Shown here in pieces: positions 1 to 9,826 of a stretch of 64,000 nucleotides of DNA. The notes under the pieces were generated by a model, which saw only the letters and a list, made by a program, of their open reading frames with translations, searched no databases and was not told where the DNA came from. This DNA comes from Chitinophagales bacterium (lineage in GTDB: Bacteria; Bacteroidota; Bacteroidia; Chitinophagales; LD1). Each line of letters begins with the position of its first letter. The stretch's first letter is position 1. The position numbers and the translations under genes were made by a program. The stretch lies in the NCBI GenBank assembly GCA_016787045.1, contig JAEUVA010000031.1, positions 36,634 through 100,633 of the forward strand. Reading direction: 5' to 3'.

Positions 1-1
1 T

Positions 2-2551
2 TCATCAACTGTAATATCACCATCATTGAGTGCCATCATCAAATCTTATGGCAACACACTGGGTGGAAAATTTGAGCATTTGGTGTACGATGCCATTTCG
101 TATTCCGGCATGTTAGATGCTAACGAAAAGAGTTTTGGCAAGCGTGCTATTCCTTCTTACAATTTTGCGGCAGCAAAAGTAATAGTAAGTGTAGGGGCAG
201 ATTTTTTGGGCACCTGGCTATCGCCCACCGAGTTTAGTGCAGACTATGCCTCTACCCGTAAAGTAAAAGGCGCAAACTCCACCATGAGCCGCCACATTCA
301 AATTGAAAGTGTACCCACCATCACCGGCTTTAAGGCAGATACCCGTATAGTGGTAAAACCATCAGAAGAGCTAAGCGCGGTAGTTGATTTATATAATGTA
401 ATTGTAGGTGGTGCAAGTGCGGCCAATGCTAAAGTGGCCAAAGCTGCTGAGGAACTGATTGCTGCTGCAGGCAGTTCGTTAGTAGTAAGTGGTTCAAATG
501 ATGTAAATGTACAGTTGTTGGTGAATGCCATCAATAACAAATTGGGTAACTACGGCAGTGTAATTTCTTGGAGCCGTACATTAAACACCAAGCAAGGTTC
601 TGATAAATCAATCACCAAATTAGTTGCCGGTTTAAATGATGGCAGTATTGGTGCAGTGTTGGTTCATGATGCTAATCCGGTGTTTAACTCACCGGTTGCC
701 GGTGTATCGGAGGCATTGAAAAAGGCCTTCACCGTATCGTTTGCCAACCGAGTAGATGAAACCTCATCTATCTGTAACTATGTATTGCCTGATAGCCACT
801 GGTTAGAAAGCTGGGGTGATGTAGAAGCCAAATCCGGCATTCTCAACACTATTCAACCCACTATCTCTAAATTATTTGATACCCGTCCGCTGGCAGAAAC
901 GTTCCTAAAATGGAGCGGAGCAACCGGCTCATACTACGAGTACTTGCAAAACTTTTGGCAGACCAACTATTACGGCAAGCAAAGTACCTACAACGGCTTT
1001 TGGGCATTTTGGGATAATGCCGTGCACGATGGAGAAGTAGAGCTACCCGCAAGCGGCAGTGCTACTTACAACACAGCCGGAGCAGCAGAAGCGGTAAGTG
1101 CCGTAAGCACATCAGCAGCTTCTTTTGGAGATTTGCAAGTTAAACTTTACGAGTCAATAGCGGTGGGCGATGGTTACTGGGCCGATAACCCTTGGTTGCA
1201 AGAATTACCCGACCCTGTATCTAAAGTTACCTGGGATAACTACCTCATTGTAAGCCCCAAAATGTACAATGCGGGCGGATACAATTTAGACCCCCACTTT
1301 AAGGAGAAAAAATACGCCACAGCTACATTAACTGTAAACGGAAAATCTGTTGAGTTGCCCGTGGTTGCAGTACCCGGCACCGCAGAAAATACCGTAGGTG
1401 TGGCTTTGGGATACGGAAGAACTGCCACCGAATACAGCGAACTAAACGTAGGTAAAAACGTGTTTAGTATGTTGTCTGCCACAGGCGATAACTTCACCAA
1501 TATCGCTAAAGCTTCTTTAGCAAAAACATCTAACACTGCCCTTTTGGCTATCACTCAAACACACTTCAATATCACATTGAAGGATTTGGGTGGCACCAAA
1601 ACCCGTAAACTGGTAAAAGAAACCACGTTGGCCGAATACAACGCCAGCGAAGCCAAAGGCAACAAATACACAGCCGGCAATGAAGACCGTGAGCACATCA
1701 TGGAAGAAATGGTTACGCTCTACTACGAGCACCAAAAACCCGGCCACCACTGGACCATGGTGATTGACCTTGGTTCATGTACCGGTTGTGGAGCTTGTGT
1801 GGTAGCTTGTAATGCCGAAAACAACATACCGGTAGTAGGGAAAGACCAGGTGATACGCGCTCGCGAAATGCACTGGTTGCGTATAGACCGCTACTTTACC
1901 GGTGAAATGGATAATCCGGATGTGGTGTTTCAACCCATGCTTTGCCAACACTGCGATAATGCGCCTTGCGAAAACGTGTGTCCGGTGGCTGCCACTAACC
2001 ACAGCAACGAGGGCATGAACCAAATGGCCTACAACCGTTGTATTGGTACCCGCTACTGCGCTAATAACTGCCCATACAAAGTAAGACGATTTAACTGGTA
2101 CGATTATCAACAAGCTGATGCCTTTGATGCAAAATGGCATACCGATAACAACATGCCTTTGAGCGAAACCACATTAGCCCAGCACGAACCATTAACCCGC
2201 ATGGTGTTAAACCCGGATGTAACCGTTCGTTCGCGTGGTGTAATGGAGAAATGCTCGTTCTGTGTACAGCGTTTGCAAGGAGCTAAATTAGAAGCCAAAA
2301 AAGATGGTCGCAAAATGGCTGATGGCGAAGCTACTACAGCTTGTCAAACCGCTTGCGCATCGGGTTGCATCACTTTTGGCGATAGAAACGACAAAAACAG
2401 CAAAGCATACGAAGCATTTAACGACTCAAGAACATTTGGTGTAATTGAAGAAATACACACTATGCCAAACGTACTTTACCAAACTCAAGTGCGCAACCGC
2501 ACCGAGAAGAAGAAGTACGAGAACTTAGATTATTTCGGACAGCAAGCTTAA
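2..2551 (+). CDS. actB: Alternative complex III subunit ActB (molybdopterin-oxidoreductase-like domain plus 4Fe-4S domain), 5'-truncated by window edge
   Basis: The frame is open from nt 2 with no stop upstream of the TTG at 26, so the N-terminus lies outside the window. The C-terminal half has Cys clusters CTGCGACVVAC, CQHCDNAPCENVCP and CIGTRYCANNCP. It is followed by ActC-F in canonical order. Confidence 0.85.
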   Translation, partial: SSTVISPSLSAIIKSYGNTLGGKFEHLVYDAISYSGMLDANEKSFGKRAIPSYNFAAAKVIVSVGADFLGTWLSPTEFSADYASTRKVKGANSTMSRHIQIESVPTITGFKADTRIVVKPSEELSAVVDLYNVIVGGASAANAKVAKAAEELIAAAGSSLVVSGSNDVNVQLLVNAINNKLGNYGSVISWSRTLNTKQGSDKSITKLVAGLNDGSIGAVLVHDANPVFNSPVAGVSEALKKAFTVSFANRVDETSSICNYVLPDSHWLESWGDVEAKSGILNTIQPTISKLFDTRPLAETFLKWSGATGSYYEYLQNFWQTNYYGKQSTYNGFWAFWDNAVHDGEVELPASGSATYNTAGAAEAVSAVSTSAASFGDLQVKLYESIAVGDGYWADNPWLQELPDPVSKVTWDNYLIVSPKMYNAGGYNLDPHFKEKKYATATLTVNGKSVELPVVAVPGTAENTVGVALGYGRTATEYSELNVGKNVFSMLSATGDNFTNIAKASLAKTSNTALLAITQTHFNITLKDLGGTKTRKLVKETTLAEYNASEAKGNKYTAGNEDREHIMEEMVTLYYEHQKPGHHWTMVIDLGSCTGCGACVVACNAENNIPVVGKDQVIRAREMHWLRIDRYFTGEMDNPDVVFQPMLCQHCDNAPCENVCPVAATNHSNEGMNQMAYNRCIGTRYCANNCPYKVRRFNWYDYQQADAFDAKWHTDNNMPLSETTLAQHEPLTRMVLNPDVTVRSRGVMEKCSFCVQRLQGAKLEAKKDGRKMADGEATTACQTACASGCITFGDRNDKNSKAYEAFNDSRTFGVIEEIHTMPNVLYQTQVRNRTEKKKYENLDYFGQQA

Positions 2552-2600
2552 CAGAACAACAACTTTTTGACTAAGGATCATAAAATATCAACTTAATAAT

Positions 2601-4034
2601 ATGCACGCATACGAATCGGAATTCAGGGAGCCGCTCATCAACGGGTTAGATAAAAACTACACCAAGATTACAGATGATTTGGTTGCCCCTACAGAGCGTA
2701 ACTCTGCCGCTTGGTGGATTGCCACACTGCTGACCGGAGCCGGTGCCCTCTTCTTTGTATTTTGCTTGGGCTGGACCGTTTGGTTTGGTATTGGCACATG
2801 GGGGTTAAATAAAACTATCGGCTGGGCTTGGGATATCACCAACTTTGTTTGGTGGATTGGTATTGGTCACGCGGGTACGCTTATTTCGGCCATCTTGTTG
2901 CTTTTCCGCCAGCGCTACCGTACAGGCATTAACCGTGCTGCAGAGGCGATGACCATTTTTGCGGTAATTTGTGCCGGTATGTTTCCGGTGTTTCACATGG
3001 GTCGTGTATGGGATGCGCCATTTATATTCCCGCTACCAAATACTCGTGGTCCACTTTGGGTAAACTTTAACTCACCACTTCTGTGGGACGTATTTGCCAT
3101 CTCTACTTACTTCTCTGTATCTATTCTGTTCTGGTATTCCGGTTTGATGCCTGATTTTGGCACCATCCGCGACCGCTCAAAAGGTAAATTGCGTAAATGG
3201 ATATACAACATTCTGGCGTTTGGTTGGCATGGTTCTGCTAAACAATGGCAGCGTTTTGAGTCTCTTTCATTAGTATTGGCAGGCCTCTCTACACCGCTGG
3301 TACTTTCGGTACACACCATCGTATCTTTTGACTTCGCCACATCCGTTATTCCCGGATGGCACACTACTATTTTCCCACCGTACTTTGTGGCGGGTGCCAT
3401 TTTCTCCGGTTTTGCCATGGTAGAAACATTAATGATTATCGTTCGCAAGCTCTTCAAGTTGGAAGATTACATTACGATTAATCACATTGAATCTATGAAC
3501 AAGATTATTGTACTTACCGGCTCTATAGTGGGTATAGCATACATTACAGAAATGTTCATTGCCTGGTATTCTGGTTATTTGTATGAGCAGTTTGCATTTT
3601 ACAACCGTGCTTTGGGTAAATATTTCTGGGCTTATGCCTGGATGATGAGTTGCAACGTACTTTCTCCGCAGTTATACTGGATTAAGAGTATGCGCAGAAA
3701 TATCTACGTTACATTCATCTTATCCATTTTCGTGAATATTGGCATGTGGTTCGAGCGTTTTGTAATTATCGTTACCTCCTTAGCCGATGACTTTTTAGTA
3801 TCCAGTTGGGCTTACTTCTCACCAACCTGGGTGGATTGGGGTATTTACTTGGGTTCCATTTCCGTGTTCCTTTTCTTGTTCTTATTGTTCTGCCGCTTCT
3901 TCCCGGTTATTGCCATTGCGGAGGTGAAGTCCATCTTCCGTACTTCTTCAGAAGTAGCTAAAGCAGAGCGCGCCAAAGCAGAAGGAGCTGCACACGGAGG
4001 ATTTGTATTGAAAGGTGCATTAAACAAAGATTAA
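2601..4034 (+). CDS. actC: Alternative complex III subunit ActC (NrfD/PsrC-like polytopic quinol-interacting membrane subunit)
   Basis: 477-aa highly hydrophobic multi-TM protein with an ATG start, sitting directly after the FeS subunit. The architecture is NrfD-like. Confidence 0.85.
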   Translation: MHAYESEFREPLINGLDKNYTKITDDLVAPTERNSAAWWIATLLTGAGALFFVFCLGWTVWFGIGTWGLNKTIGWAWDITNFVWWIGIGHAGTLISAILLLFRQRYRTGINRAAEAMTIFAVICAGMFPVFHMGRVWDAPFIFPLPNTRGPLWVNFNSPLLWDVFAISTYFSVSILFWYSGLMPDFGTIRDRSKGKLRKWIYNILAFGWHGSAKQWQRFESLSLVLAGLSTPLVLSVHTIVSFDFATSVIPGWHTTIFPPYFVAGAIFSGFAMVETLMIIVRKLFKLEDYITINHIESMNKIIVLTGSIVGIAYITEMFIAWYSGYLYEQFAFYNRALGKYFWAYAWMMSCNVLSPQLYWIKSMRRNIYVTFILSIFVNIGMWFERFVIIVTSLADDFLVSSWAYFSPTWVDWGIYLGSISVFLFLFLLFCRFFPVIAIAEVKSIFRTSSEVAKAERAKAEGAAHGGFVLKGALNKD

Positions 4035-4062
4035 TCAGTTACAGAAACAGAAATTATATAAT

Positions 4063-4617
4063 ATGTCTAACACCACACTGCCCAACAAATTTGTAGTAGG
4101 TCTATGGGATCACGAGGAAGTGTACCTCCATGCCATTGAGCACATTCGCCACAAAGGCATTGAGATTTACGATAGCTTAACTCCGTTTCCGGTACACGGA
4201 TTGGAGGATGCACTAGGGCTGAAAGAAACCCGCCTGCACACAGCCGGTTTTTTCTTTGGCGCTACAGGCACCACATTGGCTTTGTCGTTCATGACTTGGG
4301 TAATGACTACTAACTACCCCATAGATTTTGGTGGTAAACCTTACTGGCCGGTACCGTCATTTATACCAATCACTTTTGAGATGACAGTATTATTTGCTGC
4401 GTGGGGAATGACGCTTACTTACTTGGTACGTAACAAACTATGGCCGGGTCGCGTGCCGCGCATTTACGACAAGCGCACTACAGACGACCGTTTTGCTTTA
4501 GTGTTTAACGCAGAAAAACTAACAGATGCGCAAATAGCCGAGGTTAAAAGTTTGTGCCAAACCGAAGGTGCGGTAGAGGTAAAAGACAAAGTTTTTGCAG
4601 AAGGAGAGGGGCTGTAG
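4063..4617 (+). CDS. actD: Alternative complex III subunit ActD (DUF3341-type)
   Basis: 184 aa with a soluble N-terminal part plus two TM helices (FFFGATGTTLALSFMTWV, ITFEMTVLFAAWGMTLTYL). It occupies the canonical position between ActC and ActE. Confidence 0.75.
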   Translation: MSNTTLPNKFVVGLWDHEEVYLHAIEHIRHKGIEIYDSLTPFPVHGLEDALGLKETRLHTAGFFFGATGTTLALSFMTWVMTTNYPIDFGGKPYWPVPSFIPITFEMTVLFAAWGMTLTYLVRNKLWPGRVPRIYDKRTTDDRFALVFNAEKLTDAQIAEVKSLCQTEGAVEVKDKVFAEGEGL

Positions 4618-4662
4618 TATATTGATATAACCAAGTTCAAAGAACCAAGAGAAATAAACGAA

Positions 4663-5355
4663 ATGAAAAACCAACTGATAAAAATTGCTCCGGTGTTAGT
4701 AGCTGCAGCTATCGTGGTTTCTTCTTGCAGCCGTGCAGGCAAAGATGAAACAGGCGCTATTTATATGCCAGATATGACGTACAGCAACGCTTATGAAACT
4801 TACTCTGCCAGCGAAATAAAAACTGCCGAAGGTAACGATATGAGCGCCCGCAAACCGGTTGCCGGAACTATTCCTTATGGATACATACCTAATGACCTTA
4901 AAGTAAAAACCAATCAAGCGTTTTTGCTCGGTTATATGGCCAAAAACCACTTTACGTTTGCAGCAGATAAATGGCAACAAGAGTATGATTATGCCGGAGC
5001 CAATATCCAAAACCCTTTAGAGCCAACCGATGCCAACCTGGCCGAGGGAAAAAGATTGTATGAAGTGAACTGTAAGGTTTGCCATGGTGAAAAAGGAGAA
5101 GGCAACGGTCAGATTGTAGAACTGCCCGGAGGAGGCGATGGCCCTTATACCGCTCGGCCGCCTGCTTATGCCGCCCGCCTCAAAGAAATTAAAGATGGTA
5201 ACATGTTTTATAGTGTTAGCTACGGTAAGGGCATGATGGGTGGCTATGGCTTTCAACTCTCTGTAAACGAAAGATGGCAAGTGATCCACTACATCAAAAA
5301 AATGGCCGGAGTTACAACAGCACCTGCTGCTGAACCAACTGCAGTAAAAAAGTAA
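4663..5355 (+). CDS. actE: Alternative complex III subunit ActE, monohaem c-type cytochrome lipoprotein
   Basis: Signal peptide with a lipobox-like VVSSC, and a single CxxCH (CKVCH) haem c motif with a downstream Met-rich GKGMMGGY. Confidence 0.8.
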   Translation: MKNQLIKIAPVLVAAAIVVSSCSRAGKDETGAIYMPDMTYSNAYETYSASEIKTAEGNDMSARKPVAGTIPYGYIPNDLKVKTNQAFLLGYMAKNHFTFAADKWQQEYDYAGANIQNPLEPTDANLAEGKRLYEVNCKVCHGEKGEGNGQIVELPGGGDGPYTARPPAYAARLKEIKDGNMFYSVSYGKGMMGGYGFQLSVNERWQVIHYIKKMAGVTTAPAAEPTAVKK

Positions 5356-5384
5356 TTACAATAAATAACAGGAAACAGATATAA

Positions 5385-6815
5385 ATGGGAACACATCACA
5401 CCGCAACTCCTAATTTGAACGAGAAGTTTGAGTTTACCGGCTCGTTACGCAAAGTGCTGTTTGGCATGATGGGTGCCGGCTTACTGGGCTTGGTACTCGT
5501 ATTTTTTCTTTACCCCGAAAACCACCACGGACGTTTTTGGAGTAATGTACTCACTAACGTATATTACTTTACCGGTATTTCACTATTCGGTTTGTTTGCA
5601 GTAGCAGCAGCACAGTTGGCTTATGGTGGATGGAATACATTAGTAAAGCGCATACTTATTTCACTAGGTTCATTTGCCATGATTGGTGGCTTTTTGTTGC
5701 TTATTATTTTGGTAACCGGTCTTTTGGGCTGGCATAACTTGTATGAGCATGTGGAGCATATTATGCACGACCACGATAACGAGAAGTACACTAATAAGCA
5801 CATTTTCTTTAATACCAAATTTTGGGTGCTACGTTTGGTTGTTTATGCATTGCTTTGGGCTGCACTTTCGTACACTTTTGATAAATTTTTTGGCGAGAAA
5901 GACCAGACCGATGTGAAGGTCTATAAGCAATCAAAACTTTTAGCTGCTGCGTTTATCGTAGTGTTTGCTGTAACCGAATCGTTTGTTAGCTGGGACATGG
6001 TAATGAGTTTAGACCCTCACTGGTATTCTACTCTGTTTGGTTGGTATAATTTTGCCAGCTATGGTTGTGCCGCATGGGCAATGACCATTTTGTTGGTTAT
6101 TTACCTCAAATCAAAAGGTTATTTAGAAGTAGTGAACGAAAACCACATCCATGATTTGGGCAAATTCTTATTTGGCTTCTCTATATTTTGGACATACCTC
6201 TGGTTTTCTCAGTTTATGTTGCAGTGGTATGGTAACATTCCGGAGGATACTAATTTTTGGGTGAAGCGCTTTAATACCGGATACTTTAAGTTTACAATTT
6301 TCTTAGCGCTAATTATCAACTTTTTGTTTCCGTTGTTGTTCCTGATTAAGCGTGGCGCAAAACGCAATTTCAAAATGATTGGCTTTGGTGCAGCACTACT
6401 TATAGTAGGGCATTATATAGACTTTTTTAACTACACTTTCTTTGAACCGGTGGTTTGCGAAGCTCCGAAAGCGGATGAGCACCACGGAGGTGAACATCAC
6501 TCTGCTAACTCCGCCAACACAGTATTGTATGCCGAGGCACATACAGATGCCAAAGGGCACGAGGGTGCAGCTACAGATGCTCCGGCTCATGCTGCTCCTG
6601 CAGCACATGGCGAAGAAGCACATGGTGGCGGACACGCTCCTCACGGTGAACTGATACACTGCGCAACCATAGGCATAGGAGAAATATTGGTTTTTGTTGG
6701 CTTCTTAGGGCTATTTTTATACATGTTCTTCACCCGCTTGAGCAAGCGAAATCTGATTATTGAAAAAGACCCATATCTGGGTGAAAACATCCGCTTAAAT
6801 GTTACCTGGTCTTAA
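5385..6815 (+). CDS. actF: Alternative complex III subunit ActF (polytopic membrane subunit) with His-rich insertion
   Basis: 476-aa multi-TM protein in the last position of the act cluster. It contains a hydrophilic His/Ala-rich segment before the final TM helix. Confidence 0.7.
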   Translation: MGTHHTATPNLNEKFEFTGSLRKVLFGMMGAGLLGLVLVFFLYPENHHGRFWSNVLTNVYYFTGISLFGLFAVAAAQLAYGGWNTLVKRILISLGSFAMIGGFLLLIILVTGLLGWHNLYEHVEHIMHDHDNEKYTNKHIFFNTKFWVLRLVVYALLWAALSYTFDKFFGEKDQTDVKVYKQSKLLAAAFIVVFAVTESFVSWDMVMSLDPHWYSTLFGWYNFASYGCAAWAMTILLVIYLKSKGYLEVVNENHIHDLGKFLFGFSIFWTYLWFSQFMLQWYGNIPEDTNFWVKRFNTGYFKFTIFLALIINFLFPLLFLIKRGAKRNFKMIGFGAALLIVGHYIDFFNYTFFEPVVCEAPKADEHHGGEHHSANSANTVLYAEAHTDAKGHEGAATDAPAHAAPAAHGEEAHGGGHAPHGELIHCATIGIGEILVFVGFLGLFLYMFFTRLSKRNLIIEKDPYLGENIRLNVTWS

Positions 6816-6854
6816 TCATAAAAAATATTTGAAAACTACTGAATAGCACATATC

Positions 6855-7934
6855 ATGACTACATTACTCAGTTTTATTGTATTAGTACTTCTCTTTATTG
6901 TGCTGGTATTGGTGGCCAAGGCCAGCGAAGTATCAGCAGAGTTGAAAGGCAAGTTTGATTTCTTTAATCAAAGCAAGATTAATGGCTACTTGCTGATGGG
7001 CTTTTTGGTATTGATGTTTGTCGGCTCGGCATATTCATACAAATTGTTAGCCCCCGTGATGTTGCCAAAATCGGCCTCTATTCACGGAGTGCAAACGGAT
7101 AAGCTGTTTAATGTAACCATGCTCATCATTTTAGTAGTGTTTGTACTTACCCAAGTGGCGCTGTTTTATTTTGCTTACCGTTACAACGAGAGTTTTGGTC
7201 AGAAGGCGCTTTTTTACCCGCACAACAATACCTTAGAAGTGGTATGGACAGTAATTCCCGCAGTTGTGTTAACCGGTTTAATTGCCATGGGTATGTACGA
7301 ATGGTACGGTATTTTTAATGTAGAGAAAAGAGCTAAGGATACGCTTGTTGTAGAAGCCACCGCCAAACAATTTAACTGGATGCTGCGCTATTCCGGGCCC
7401 GATGGAAAGTTTGGTACCAGAATAATAGATACAGAACATATTACCCCTACAAACGAGTTAGGTATTAATTGGGACGACAAAAACAGCCATGATGATTTTA
7501 TGGCCGACAAAATGTATATCGTAAAAGACCGCCCGGTATTAGTTAAAATAGGTGCCTTGGATGTACTCCACAGTTTTTACCTCCCTCATTTTCGGGTAAA
7601 AATGGATGCTGTGCCGGGTATACCTACAGAGTTTTACTTTGTACCAACAATGACTACCGAGGAGATGCGCCAATATCTGAGTACTCAGGAATGGTGGCAA
7701 ACTATAAACCCCGAAACTCAAGAGCCGCGTTGGAAAACCTTTAAGTATGAATTGGCTTGTGCGGAGTTATGCGGTAAGAGCCACTACGGAATGCAAAAAG
7801 AAGTGGTAGTGGTTACACAACAAGAGTATGACGAGTGGGTGAAGGGACAAACCGCTATCTACAGCACAGTGGCACCTAAAGAACCAACTCCTCCGGCTGC
7901 AGATGAAACTAAAACTGCATTACTATCTCACTAA
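6855..7934 (+). CDS. coxB: Cytochrome c oxidase subunit II (CuA subunit, no fused cytochrome c domain)
   Basis: N-terminal TM helices and a cupredoxin domain with CuA ligands (HSFYLPHF ... CAELCGKSHYGM). No CxxCH is present anywhere in the ORF. Confidence 0.9.
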   Translation: MTTLLSFIVLVLLFIVLVLVAKASEVSAELKGKFDFFNQSKINGYLLMGFLVLMFVGSAYSYKLLAPVMLPKSASIHGVQTDKLFNVTMLIILVVFVLTQVALFYFAYRYNESFGQKALFYPHNNTLEVVWTVIPAVVLTGLIAMGMYEWYGIFNVEKRAKDTLVVEATAKQFNWMLRYSGPDGKFGTRIIDTEHITPTNELGINWDDKNSHDDFMADKMYIVKDRPVLVKIGALDVLHSFYLPHFRVKMDAVPGIPTEFYFVPTMTTEEMRQYLSTQEWWQTINPETQEPRWKTFKYELACAELCGKSHYGMQKEVVVVTQQEYDEWVKGQTAIYSTVAPKEPTPPAADETKTALLSH

Positions 7935-7968
7935 ATCTATTGAACCAAATATTTAAATAGTTATCTAT

Positions 7969-9807
7969 ATGCAAACAGCGCACACGGTAGAACACGCTCA
8001 CACAGCCGACCACAGCCATGTACACGGCCATGATGAGCACCACCATGAAGAAACCTTTCTGACCAAGTATATATTTAGTCAGGATCATAAAATGATTTCT
8101 AAGCAATTCCTTGTAACCGGTATTTTTTGGGGAATTGTAGGTGGTTTGCTTTCGGTTTTGTTTCGCTTACAATTAGGTTGGCCCAATGAAACCTTTCCCT
8201 TTCTGGAAACATTTTTGGGAAAATGGGCCGAGGGCGGAAAAATTACGAATGAGTTTTACTACGCTTTAGTAACCATGCACGGCACCATCCTGGTGTTTTT
8301 TGTATTGACCGGTGGCTTGAGTGGTACTTTTGCCAACCTATTGATACCTTATCAGATTGGTGCGCGAGACATGGCCTCTCCTTTTATGAACATGCTTTCG
8401 TACTGGTTTTTCTTTTCGGCCAGCGTGGTGATGTTGTTTTCGTTTTTTATTCAAACCGGTCCTGCCTCAGGTGGTTGGACAGCTTATCCACCATTAAACG
8501 GTTTGCGAGATACTGGGGTAAACCTGGGTTCAGGTCTTGGCTTTGACTTATGGATACTGGGAATGAGTTTATTTATCGTTTCCTCACTTTTAGGGGGCTT
8601 GAACTATGTAGCTACTGTTTTGAACCAGCGCACCAAAGGCATGAGCATGTGGAAACTTCCGCTAACCATGTGGGCGTTGATGTTTACAGCGGTTATCGGA
8701 ATTCTTTCTTTCCCGGCTTTATTAGCAGGTTGTTTGTTGTTGGAGTTTGACCGTTTGTTAGATACTAGCTTTTATCTGAATAACATTGTTATCAACGGAC
8801 AATTACTTGGCTACAAAGGTGGTTCGCCTATTCTATTTCAACACTTGTTTTGGTTCTTGGGTCACCCGGAAGTATATATCATTATCCTTCCGGCCATGGG
8901 CTTGGTATCAGAAGTACTTTCTATACACAGCCGCAAACCAATTTTTGGTTACAAGGCGATGGTGCTTTCTATTGTAGCTATTTTGGTGCTTTCGTTTATA
9001 GTTTGGGCGCACCACATGTTTGTAACCGGGCTTAACCCTAACTTGGGGGCTATCTTTACCTTGTTCACTCTTCTAATTGCCATCCCATCGGCCATTAAAG
9101 TGTTTAACTGGATTGGTACGCTATGGAAGGGTAATATACGTTTATCTTCTGCTGCGTTGTTTGCCATTGGTTTTGTGAGCATGTTTATTACCGGAGGGTT
9201 GACCGGTATTATCTTGGGTAACTCAGCTATTGATATTCAGTTGCACGATACCATGTTTGTGGTGGCTCACTTCCATATTGTAATGGGTGTGGCTGCGTTC
9301 TTTGGTATGTTTGCAGGGGTGTACCATTGGTTCCCTCGTTTATATGGCCGTTTTATGAACGAAACCTTGGGTCAAATTCACTTCTACATAACGCTTATAG
9401 GTGCATACGCGATTTTCTTCCCGATGCACTTTATGACCGGTTTACCGCGCAGATATTACACCTACGCCAATTTTGAATCATTCAACAACTTTAATCACCT
9501 GGCTGCTTTTATCAGCGTAGCTGCGATTATTGTTTTCTTGGGTCAGTTAATTTTTGTGGTGAATTTCTTCTACAGCATTTTTAACGGAAGAAAGGTGAAA
9601 GGCGAGAAAGCCGCTGATGGATATGAGTATGCTAACCCTTGGGGAGCTACAACCATTGAGTGGAGTGCACCGGTAGATCGTTTGCACGGTAACTGGCCGG
9701 GCGAAATACCAACTGTACACCGTTGGCCTTATGATTATGCGTTGAAAGACCGCGAGTTTATACCACAAACTGAGCCCTTAAAGCCGGGAGAAGTAGAAAA
9801 TCACTAA
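7969..9807 (+). CDS. ctaD: Cytochrome c oxidase subunit I (haem-copper oxidase catalytic subunit)
   Basis: Signatures WFLGHPEVYIIILP, WAHHMFVTG and VVAHFHIVMG, with 12 or more TM segments and a His-rich N-terminus. Confidence 0.95.
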   Translation: MQTAHTVEHAHTADHSHVHGHDEHHHEETFLTKYIFSQDHKMISKQFLVTGIFWGIVGGLLSVLFRLQLGWPNETFPFLETFLGKWAEGGKITNEFYYALVTMHGTILVFFVLTGGLSGTFANLLIPYQIGARDMASPFMNMLSYWFFFSASVVMLFSFFIQTGPASGGWTAYPPLNGLRDTGVNLGSGLGFDLWILGMSLFIVSSLLGGLNYVATVLNQRTKGMSMWKLPLTMWALMFTAVIGILSFPALLAGCLLLEFDRLLDTSFYLNNIVINGQLLGYKGGSPILFQHLFWFLGHPEVYIIILPAMGLVSEVLSIHSRKPIFGYKAMVLSIVAILVLSFIVWAHHMFVTGLNPNLGAIFTLFTLLIAIPSAIKVFNWIGTLWKGNIRLSSAALFAIGFVSMFITGGLTGIILGNSAIDIQLHDTMFVVAHFHIVMGVAAFFGMFAGVYHWFPRLYGRFMNETLGQIHFYITLIGAYAIFFPMHFMTGLPRRYYTYANFESFNNFNHLAAFISVAAIIVFLGQLIFVVNFFYSIFNGRKVKGEKAADGYEYANPWGATTIEWSAPVDRLHGNWPGEIPTVHRWPYDYALKDREFIPQTEPLKPGEVENH

Positions 9808-9826
9808 TCAGGTTACAGAAACATTT

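Noticed and set aside
7969-8052. His-rich N-terminus of CoxI (10 His in the first 26 residues, MQTAHTVEHAHTADHSHVHGHDEHHHEE) as a novel metal-binding extension.
   Set aside because: From memory, similar His-rich N-termini preceding the conserved ETFLTKYIFS.DHK block are common in Bacteroidota CoxI. It is probably lineage-typical and not special to this window. It is still worth considering together with the ActF loop.
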